From an uncultured Candidatus Saccharibacteria bacterium (lineage in GTDB: Bacteria; Patescibacteriota; Minisyncoccia; 2-02-FULL-40-12; GWA2-44-9), in NCBI GenBank assembly GCA_964653875.1, contig CAZZGH010000002.1, positions 1 through 41,668 of the forward strand: a stretch of DNA of 41,668 bases. Reading direction: 5' to 3'. Below are positions 17,353 through 24,670 of the stretch, one piece after another. The position numbers and the translations under genes were made by a program. Every line of letters starts with the position of its first letter. Positions within the stretch are counted from its first letter, which is position 1. The notes under the pieces were generated by a model. The model saw only the letters and a list, made by a program, of their open reading frames with translations, did not search any database and was not told the origin of the DNA.

Positions 17353-17658
17353 ATGAGAATTGAACACTACCCTCTCGGAAAATTAAAAAAAGACATTCTG
17401 GGTATTATAGGAAAACACTTGGATATTTTAGCGTATAAAGTGTTTTTTTTCGGTTCACGGGTAGTTGGTTCCGGTAACGAGCGGTCGGATATTGACGTCG
17501 GCATTGAAGGTCCGGGAGAGATTTCCTACGAAATTATGGCTAAAATTAAAGACGAAATTGACAACCTGCCCATTCTCTATAAAATTGAGATAGTGGATTT
17601 TGCCAAGGTCTCCCCGGATTTTTACAAAGTTGTTTCATTCCGGCGCGATTATTTATAA
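17353..17658 (+). CDS. mntA: MNT-type nucleotidyltransferase (MntA-like antitoxin)
   Basis: GSRVVGSGNERSDIDVGIEG (GS...SDIDV) minimal NTase motif. 101 aa. Confidence 0.8.
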   Translation: MRIEHYPLGKLKKDILGIIGKHLDILAYKVFFFGSRVVGSGNERSDIDVGIEGPGEISYEIMAKIKDEIDNLPILYKIEIVDFAKVSPDFYKVVSFRRDYL

Positions 17659-17668
17659 TTTTTTTATT

Positions 17669-18058
17669 ATGTCAAAACTTGAAGCTGTTTTAAATCAATT
17701 TGAACAAGCCCTGCAAAGATTGGATGAGGTTTTGAAAGAACCCAAGAACTCTATTATTCGCGATTCGGCTATCCAGCGGTTTGAGTTTAGTTTGGATTTA
17801 TCATGGAAGTCCGTTAAAGCGTATCTTGAGGACAAGAAAGGAATAGCCTGCTCTTCGCCGAAGGATTGTTTCCGTGAAGCATATCGGCAGGGTCTGGTTG
17901 AATACAACGATGCTTGGATTAAGTATGTGGATATGAGAAATGAAACCGCCCACACCTATAAAGAAGAAATTGCCGACAAAATATACGCGGAACTGCCCAA
18001 GGCCTTAGCAGACTTTATGAATTTATTGAAGGCCTTAAGGCAGCCAACAGATGCTTGA
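17669..18058 (+). CDS. hepT: HEPN-domain protein, HI0074 nucleotidyltransferase-substrate-binding family (HepT-like toxin)
   Basis: DSAIQRFEFSLDLSWKSVKAYL and the Rx4H motif RNETAHTY. The internal ATG at 17669 was chosen (129 aa). Confidence 0.8.
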   Translation: MSKLEAVLNQFEQALQRLDEVLKEPKNSIIRDSAIQRFEFSLDLSWKSVKAYLEDKKGIACSSPKDCFREAYRQGLVEYNDAWIKYVDMRNETAHTYKEEIADKIYAELPKALADFMNLLKALRQPTDA

Positions 18059-18077
18059 TATAGCTTTTAATCCATAG

Positions 18078-18083
18078 TATAGT
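18078..18083 (+). promoter_or_regulatory. -10-like TATAGT, 6 nt upstream of the hicB ATG
   Basis: Sequence reads cataGTATAGTgaaaatATG. Confidence 0.3.
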
Positions 18084-18089
18084 GAAAAT

Positions 18090-18335
18090 ATGCTTAGCGA
18101 ATATATAGAAAAACAATTTAAAAAAGCAAAATTTAAGGTCTTGAAGGACGGTTCTTATTTTGGTTCTGTTTCTAGTTTCCCTGGAGTTTGGGCTAATAGA
18201 AAAACCTTAGCAACGTGTAAAAAGGAGTTACGTGAGGTTTTGGAGGAGTCTCTGATTTTAAAAGTTAGGAACAAAGAAAGCATTCCCGGTTTTGACATAA
18301 AATTTGATCGCCGCTCGATGTTTAAACATGCCTAA
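18090..18335 (+). CDS. hicB: HicB-like antitoxin
   Basis: YFGSVSSFPGVWANRKTLATCKKELREVLEESL is a typical HicB N-terminal fold signature. It overlaps hicA by 8 nt (ATGCCTAA). Confidence 0.7.
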   Translation: MLSEYIEKQFKKAKFKVLKDGSYFGSVSSFPGVWANRKTLATCKKELREVLEESLILKVRNKESIPGFDIKFDRRSMFKHA

Positions 18336-18540
18336 GAGTATTTCTTGGCGCAAGTTAGTCCAAAATTTCAAGAAATTAAGTTTTGACGGCCCATACTCTG
18401 GCGGCCGTCATTTATTTATGATTAAAGGAAAACTCAAGGTTCACATACCTAATCCCCACAGCAAAGATATTTCTGGCTTTTTAATAGCCGAAATTTTACG
18501 TCAAGCCGGCCTCTCAACTAAGGAGTGGAATAGTCTGTAA
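18328..18540 (+). CDS. hicA: HicA-like mRNA interferase toxin
   Basis: KLVQNFKKLSFDGPYSGGRHLFMIKG..VHIPNPHSKDISGFLIAEILRQAGLS. 70 aa from the internal ATG. Confidence 0.7.
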   Translation: MPKSISWRKLVQNFKKLSFDGPYSGGRHLFMIKGKLKVHIPNPHSKDISGFLIAEILRQAGLSTKEWNSL

Positions 18541-18585
18541 TATCTTGGTTTCCGTCTCAATAAATTGTGGTAGTTGAAAACGCAT
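18514..18585 (-). pseudogene. Truncated duplicate of the prgI 5' end (first 15 codons, then an unrelated tail)
   Basis: The minus strand encodes MRFQLPQFIETETKI, then LQTIPLLS and a stop. The first 15 aa are identical to PrgI at 17181-17225. Its ATG overlaps the upstream gene's stop codon as TAATG. Confidence 0.75.
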
Positions 18586-20840
18586 TATTGTTTGTTTCTT
18601 AAGTCTACGGTGTTATTGGGATTGGTCGGTGGATTTGGCGGAGTTGGAGATCCGAAACCAACTTGTCCTCTGGGATAGTTTCCGCTGCCTCGGCCGGTTC
18701 TTGGAGGGCCTGCCGGTAGCGTTCCTTCTGCTGGCCCACCGCTGGTCCCACCTAAACCACCTCCACGAATTATTGCTTCGCCAGTTGCTTTCCCTGTTAT
18801 TTCTGCTAATTCTTTTGCAACTCTTTCCTTTTTTGCTTTTATTTTTTCCGCATCAAATTCATCTGGAGATATCTTTTGCCAAGACTCCAGTTGTTGCTTT
18901 GTCCCCTTTGCCATCATGGCTTCAATTTTCTGCTGGTTTAAAGACCCCATTACTAAATTTTTTCTCGCTTCGTATCCAGTATCTTCTGGACCCGTGGAAA
19001 CACCCACGTAATCTTTTAAAGCTCTGGTGGCTTCCAGTAAAGCGTCTGGGTTCATGCGGCTGATTGCTTCTTCCATGGCAACCCGCATCCCTTCAGGAGT
19101 ATTTTCTATTGCTTTTCCAGCTTTCATTAACAGTTGATTTTGTAGTCCAACCTTGGTGGATAATTCAAAATTATGTTTTTCGATCTTTTTGAGAAGATCT
19201 TTCTGTTCACCTTCAAGACCGAATAGGCCCAGGACTTTATTAAGATTTTGTTCGGCACCCTCTTCGGTATTAGTTAAGTAGCGGTCGCCTTTATCGGCCA
19301 TGACATTTGTTATTTTTTGTTTTGTCTCTATGTCGGGCACTCTACCAAGCCAGGTCTCTCTTTCTTGCGCTGACATCTTGTCGTAATCAAGACTTCTGGC
19401 AAATTGCTTAGCTCCAAGAGGTGAAACCTCTTCATAAAGTTCATATGTTTTTCTACGGCCTGCCTCGGATAAAAGCTTTCTATCTTTCAGTATTTCTGCC
19501 GCTGCCAATCTTTCGTCTTTTCTACCCCTAGACATCAAAGCTTCTAGTTGAGTGGGATCTGTAACGGTTTTAAACTTCTCCTTGTTGGCAGCAATATCTT
19601 TGGCTAATTGTTTGTCGGCAGCTCCTCGAACTCCAAATCTTTCTGCCCAGCCGGATGTTTGTCTTTCTAATCCGGCTTTACCACCATAAAGTTTTCCGAA
19701 TCTCCCCGGCAAACCCTCCTGTTTAACCTGTTCTAATCTTTGTTGAGCCGCCCCTCCCATTGCTGTTAACCCCAATCTTCTCGCTGCAACGCCTCGTGAC
19801 CACGTTGCGATCCCCACCACTCCGGTTCCAGAAAACATGGAGGCCTTCATCGCCACTATTGTTCCACCGATTAAAAATATTCCACTTAAAACGTAGAAGA
19901 ATAAAATTTGAAGAGTAAACGAACTTCCGCCGAGGGGCTGATTAGCTGTTTGTGTGGCTATCTTAGAAAGTACTGCGCCCTGGTTTTGTAAAAAATAGAG
20001 CCCAAAATAAAGAAAGAAAAGAAAAATTGGCAGAAACATATTCCAGCCGATAAATGTGCCCCACCATTTTTTGAATGTTCCTTGTCCAGAAGGAAAAATA
20101 TTCAGAATCCAGGCAATTGGAGAAACAATAAGTAAAGCCCATAAAATAGGAATCCTTATTAAGGCAAACAAAAATGCCGTCAACAAACTAAACGCGAACG
20201 TAAAAAGGAGAACGACGGAGAAAATGAGGGTTATTATTGTTCCGAAAACTGCGTTATCTAGGGCATTGGCAAAAGCATTGGCAGAAATTTGGTCGGGATT
20301 AAGGGGAATGTTGTTTACCAGCCCTTGACCCAATCGGCCAGACATGTCTCCAATAGAAGTAAGGAAGGTATTACTTAGGATCTGTGTTCCCTGGATAACC
20401 ATTACTCCGAGAACCAAACTGAAATTTATCAGGAGCGCTGTTAGGAGAAATTTTCCAAACAATGCTCTGGCGTTGTATCTTGCCGCTCCGGGAAGAATAT
20501 CAAAAATAGTTGCAAAAGCCATCACAATGAGGGCAACAATAAAAAACATATTAGCGAAGTCTCTCATAATTTTCCAACTCTCATCTATAACCGCGAGTCC
20601 TCCGTTAGGATAAACTGGTATATTGATTACTTGATAAAGACCAGCGGCGAGTAAAGAAATGACTTGCCCGACAGCTGAAAACATTACAAAAAGAAGCCAA
20701 CCAAATACACTTGAAATTGCATTTGTGGCAATAGATTCTATCCCAAAAGCATTGACCAGATGTGTCGGCAGAAAAACTAAAACAATCGCAAAAAGAATTG
20801 CGAGACAGAGTTTTTTATTTTTTATTTTAAATCCGTCCAT
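18585..20840 (-). CDS. VirB6/TrbL-like polytopic membrane protein with a long helical, Gly/Pro-tailed C-terminal extension
   Basis: About 9 predicted TM segments in the first ~375 aa. These are followed by ~370 hydrophilic residues ending GGGLGGTSGGPAEGTLPAGPPRTGRGSGNYPRGQVGFGSPTPPNPPTNP. Its position next to prgI/virB4 supports the call. Confidence 0.55.
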   Translation of the reverse strand: MDGFKIKNKKLCLAILFAIVLVFLPTHLVNAFGIESIATNAISSVFGWLLFVMFSAVGQVISLLAAGLYQVINIPVYPNGGLAVIDESWKIMRDFANMFFIVALIVMAFATIFDILPGAARYNARALFGKFLLTALLINFSLVLGVMVIQGTQILSNTFLTSIGDMSGRLGQGLVNNIPLNPDQISANAFANALDNAVFGTIITLIFSVVLLFTFAFSLLTAFLFALIRIPILWALLIVSPIAWILNIFPSGQGTFKKWWGTFIGWNMFLPIFLFFLYFGLYFLQNQGAVLSKIATQTANQPLGGSSFTLQILFFYVLSGIFLIGGTIVAMKASMFSGTGVVGIATWSRGVAARRLGLTAMGGAAQQRLEQVKQEGLPGRFGKLYGGKAGLERQTSGWAERFGVRGAADKQLAKDIAANKEKFKTVTDPTQLEALMSRGRKDERLAAAEILKDRKLLSEAGRRKTYELYEEVSPLGAKQFARSLDYDKMSAQERETWLGRVPDIETKQKITNVMADKGDRYLTNTEEGAEQNLNKVLGLFGLEGEQKDLLKKIEKHNFELSTKVGLQNQLLMKAGKAIENTPEGMRVAMEEAISRMNPDALLEATRALKDYVGVSTGPEDTGYEARKNLVMGSLNQQKIEAMMAKGTKQQLESWQKISPDEFDAEKIKAKKERVAKELAEITGKATGEAIIRGGGLGGTSGGPAEGTLPAGPPRTGRGSGNYPRGQVGFGSPTPPNPPTNPNNTVDLRNKQ

Positions 20841-20863
20841 GTGTCTAGTATTTTCAACTGTTT

Positions 20864-22309
20864 CTATTGAGTGCAGCTTAAGGGGATATCGCCGGTGAAT
20901 TGAGTTGTCATTACGTTTCTTAACGGTGTACTTCCTGCTCCCGAATCAGTAATAGCGTCGTAACGTTCAATTGTAGTATCGCCTGACTTCCAAACCGCAA
21001 TAAGATCTCCCGTGTTTGGGTTGTCATTCCCGTTCTTTACATTAGTTGTTGCATTAAATCCTGTTTCTCTAAGTTTTGTGGATATAAGATTTAAAATTGT
21101 AAATCCATTTGCAGTTGTATTGAGAGCGTCAGCGATTCCTCCCGAGTTGGTAGCCAGGACAGCATCAGTGGCAGTTCGGAGTGCCCCTGCATAATCAGGG
21201 TTTCCGCCAGAATTTCTGCATACTCCCGTGCCTCCTCCTCCCGGTGGCGCGGAAGGAGGAGAAGAACTTGCTTGTGGCACATTATAACCCCAAGCTCTAG
21301 CACAGTTGGTTTGGCAAGTAATGTTATCGGCCGCCGGACAAGAATTAACACACGCAAGATATTTGTCGGAACTTGAAGTGTCGGTTTTGGGAGCGGTTGC
21401 GTAATCATTTGAGGGATTGGATGTAGCTAAATTTATTATTCTGTTTGTAATTGCGGAGCCGATAGCAATAATTACTTCACTTAATTCATCTGATGAAACA
21501 AGCCACCCCAAATCATTGTCGATAGTGCTGGCCGCCGATTTGCCTAAAAGATCTCCCGGGGTAAAAATCTGACCCATAAAGACACATTGTGCATTGGGCC
21601 CCTTCCCTGTACAAGAGTTGCGTACAGATGTATAGCCGCTACCAGCCATTGCTTCATAAACATCACTTGATTGTGCTAATGATCTTTGTCTGGCTGACTC
21701 ATCGAGAGATCCGAACAGAAGACCGTAATAATTATTTTGTGGTTCAAGCATTCTTGACCAAGCATTCCACCCGCCATTTCCAGAGAAGTCATTTTGATAA
21801 TTAGTCATACTAAAATTGGAGGGCATGGTGCAATTTGATCGTAGAGCAAAAGAATCAAAGTTGCCTGTTCTTAGATTTTGTCCTTGAGAGGGTACCACGG
21901 TGTTAGCCGCAAACAGTTCCTTGATACTTCCAGAAGTATAGCTGCATAAATTCGTTGATGCTAATATGCTTCTGAAGACATTCTCGCCTCTATATTGGGC
22001 ATTGGTTTGAAAGTTACTCCAATTTTGGACGAAAGCTGGCCCGCCGTCTCTTCCGCCAGTTTGAATTTTATTAATTATTCCGGAAACAGCAATATTTAAT
22101 AAACTTCTGGCAATAGTTCTGGCTATGGCATCAAGAACGTATTCTTTTACTGTCAGAGATGTGGCAGAACCAGCGGTTGTAGCATTAAAAGCCGCATTGA
22201 TAGGATCATTAACTACTGCTGCTCCAGCATTTATTTTGGGGGCATTAACAGCCAAACCCCAGGCGAACCCGATGATGGTGGTAATAACGATTAATTTTTT
22301 GAAAATCAT
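20864..22309 (-). CDS. Secreted Cys-rich hypothetical protein, two domains joined by a Pro/Gly linker
   Basis: Signal-like N-terminus MIFKKLIVITTIIGFAWGLAVNA. About 12 Cys residues. Linker SSSPPSAPPGGGGTG. No family recognised. Confidence 0.6.
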   Translation of the reverse strand: MIFKKLIVITTIIGFAWGLAVNAPKINAGAAVVNDPINAAFNATTAGSATSLTVKEYVLDAIARTIARSLLNIAVSGIINKIQTGGRDGGPAFVQNWSNFQTNAQYRGENVFRSILASTNLCSYTSGSIKELFAANTVVPSQGQNLRTGNFDSFALRSNCTMPSNFSMTNYQNDFSGNGGWNAWSRMLEPQNNYYGLLFGSLDESARQRSLAQSSDVYEAMAGSGYTSVRNSCTGKGPNAQCVFMGQIFTPGDLLGKSAASTIDNDLGWLVSSDELSEVIIAIGSAITNRIINLATSNPSNDYATAPKTDTSSSDKYLACVNSCPAADNITCQTNCARAWGYNVPQASSSPPSAPPGGGGTGVCRNSGGNPDYAGALRTATDAVLATNSGGIADALNTTANGFTILNLISTKLRETGFNATTNVKNGNDNPNTGDLIAVWKSGDTTIERYDAITDSGAGSTPLRNVMTTQFTGDIPLSCTQ

Positions 22310-23202
22310 TTGTAAAGCTGGTTTAAAAGGTTATAGAAATTATCATCCAAAGCTAGGTTGTTTTTAGAAATATTGGAATTGACTTGCTTTAGTAGGTTTT
22401 TTATATCACCATCAACATTTTTAATGTCTTCAAGCGCGATATACGCCCTGTATGGATCTGATTGGTAAAAACCTAGAGATTCATAATCAACCATTGACCG
22501 GTTGATTATGTCTAATAGACCATAATGTATTTCCTGCCAGTCCTTGGGAATGGACATTTTAACCAAAGCTTGGTACACATCTTTGAAATTGTTTTTGAAC
22601 TCCGAAAGAAGAATTATGTATTGGTCGCCGGTGGCTTTAAGGCCGATATTATCACGAGGAGCAAAAAGAAGTTGTTTTATTATTTGCGATACGTCGTTTA
22701 GGTAAGACTCTTGATTTTCTTTTGAATTGCTTATTAAAGTTAGAGTAGGTTTTTTAGAAGATTGGGATTGGTAGAAATCGTCAACAATTACCGCAGAAAT
22801 ATTACCAATTGATGAGCCGAAATTTTTATTTTCGGGTTTTAAATCTTCAGAATAAAGACCGCCGACGACTAATTTTTGTATTTTTTCTGTTAAATTTGTC
22901 GAGTTGGATAAAAGGTCATTCGGACCGGGTTTTAGAGGATCGTGTCCCGATGCTACCTCTTCTCCGTCTTTAAAACCGTCGCCATCGGTGTCGGGATTTT
23001 GAAAGTCGGTATTCCAGTAGGACTCCTCTCTGTTTGTCAGGCCGTCATGGTCAGCATCGGTGTCGGGAACAGGTAAGGGATTTTCTATATCGATGGCCGC
23101 AAAGGGGGCAGATTTACCGTCTAAGGAATTGAAAACACTGTAAACCGAAAACAGGGCGGCTAACGCCAGAAAACCGAAAAATATTTTAATTTTGTTTGGC
23201 AT
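22306..23202 (-). CDS. Secreted protein with thrombospondin type-3-like calcium-binding repeats
   Basis: Signal-like N-terminus. DTDADHDGLTNREE and NPDTDGDGFKDGEEVASGHDP (DxDxDG repeats). 4-nt overlap with the next gene. Confidence 0.6.
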   Translation of the reverse strand: MPNKIKIFFGFLALAALFSVYSVFNSLDGKSAPFAAIDIENPLPVPDTDADHDGLTNREESYWNTDFQNPDTDGDGFKDGEEVASGHDPLKPGPNDLLSNSTNLTEKIQKLVVGGLYSEDLKPENKNFGSSIGNISAVIVDDFYQSQSSKKPTLTLISNSKENQESYLNDVSQIIKQLLFAPRDNIGLKATGDQYIILLSEFKNNFKDVYQALVKMSIPKDWQEIHYGLLDIINRSMVDYESLGFYQSDPYRAYIALEDIKNVDGDIKNLLKQVNSNISKNNLALDDNFYNLLNQLYK

Positions 23203-24670
23203 TTCGTGATTTAGTTATACCTAACCCAAAAATTGCCAAAGACAACAATAAAATTGGCAAATCTCCTAACTTATTATACCATGTCTGTTTTTTATTGGGC
23301 ACAACATCAGCTGTTAATATCTGGTAGCCGCTGGATTCGGTCGATTTTACGATATTTCCATTGCCATCCACAACATAAGAACGGCCAAAATTTGAGGCCA
23401 AAACGGCATATTTCCCGCTTTCAGCCGCCCGGAACCTCAACATAGACAAGAATTGGGACTCTATTACGCGGCTACCTCTAAATGCGCCTAAGTTTTGGAG
23501 AAATATTAGTAAGCCGTATTGATCTTGAGATGAGATGGTGGGAGATACCACATCTGAACACACAAGGATCTTTATCTGAAAATTATTATAGTTCAATAAG
23601 TCGGAGTGAGAACCTGCTTTTAGTTCGGAACTTTCAGCAGTGATTGCGCCCTTCCCTAAGATAAAAAGAAGCAACTTTAAAACATAAGGAATATATTCTC
23701 CAGCCGGCGTTAATAATTGCTTGTCATAAAAACCGGAAATTCCGTTTTTAGAGTTAACAAACAAAGTTCTTGATTTATAGCTTTCCTCATCTGGCAAGAT
23801 GTTGTTGTCTATGATGGTGAACTCTTTATCGGAAAGTTTTTTAAAATAATTTTGTGCAGAACTATTGTCTAAAAAAGTAAGCAAGGTTTTTGAAAAATTA
23901 GAACTTTCAGGGAAAACGACGATTCCCCCGTCAACTGCGCTTGCCGCCTCTTTTAGCATTTCTAATTTTTTAGTGTAATTGTCCAATATCTCATTTGCGG
24001 AGAATTTAAACCTTGTTTCGTCTCTTGTTTGTATTAAGGAAATTTTTATTGTGTCTGGCACTTCCTTGTTATTTTTTAAGGAAAGTCCGATTGTTATAAA
24101 AAACATCAAAACCATTAACCCAAGATTAAATAAAACCGCCTTCGAATTAATCTTGTACTTGCCGGCGACAAAAAAGAAAATAGTACCCACTATCAACATC
24201 AGTACAAAATTTATCCCATAAATTCCCCAAACAGAAGAAATTCTTAAAATAAAAGGCCAAGAAACCAAAGAATAAGCAGGACTTCCCAGTGTCCAGTGCG
24301 GGCCAAATAAATTCCCGCTACCTGTCCATAGAAATCCAAATCCCCAAGACCTCAAGTATTCGGCAATAACAAATACGCCGGCGGCTATTAAGGGGGTTGG
24401 TAAAAATTTATTTTCTTTACTTAATCTGTCGATAAAAAAAGAAAATAAGCCCCAAAAGAGAGCTGTTCCAGCTACGCTTAAAGTAAAAACAAATAAAATC
24501 AGCAAAAAAGAATAAAGTCCGCTTTCAACTCCAAACGTGTTAAGAGGATACAAAGACCAAAACCAGCGGAAAGTATATGAAAAGTAAACGAGACCAACAA
24601 TAAAACCCGGCCAGAAACCAGAGGGGCGCAGACGAACTATTTTTCCATAAATTTTGATAATTCTGTCCAT
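23186..24670 (-). CDS. lnt: Apolipoprotein N-acyltransferase (Lnt)-like protein: polytopic N-terminus plus CN-hydrolase domain
   Basis: Multi-TM N-terminal half. CN-hydrolase triad context VVFPES, YDKQLLTPAGEYIPY and KILVCSD. Confidence 0.7.
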   Translation of the reverse strand: MDRIIKIYGKIVRLRPSGFWPGFIVGLVYFSYTFRWFWSLYPLNTFGVESGLYSFLLILFVFTLSVAGTALFWGLFSFFIDRLSKENKFLPTPLIAAGVFVIAEYLRSWGFGFLWTGSGNLFGPHWTLGSPAYSLVSWPFILRISSVWGIYGINFVLMLIVGTIFFFVAGKYKINSKAVLFNLGLMVLMFFITIGLSLKNNKEVPDTIKISLIQTRDETRFKFSANEILDNYTKKLEMLKEAASAVDGGIVVFPESSNFSKTLLTFLDNSSAQNYFKKLSDKEFTIIDNNILPDEESYKSRTLFVNSKNGISGFYDKQLLTPAGEYIPYVLKLLLFILGKGAITAESSELKAGSHSDLLNYNNFQIKILVCSDVVSPTISSQDQYGLLIFLQNLGAFRGSRVIESQFLSMLRFRAAESGKYAVLASNFGRSYVVDGNGNIVKSTESSGYQILTADVVPNKKQTWYNKLGDLPILLLSLAIFGLGITKSRNAKQN

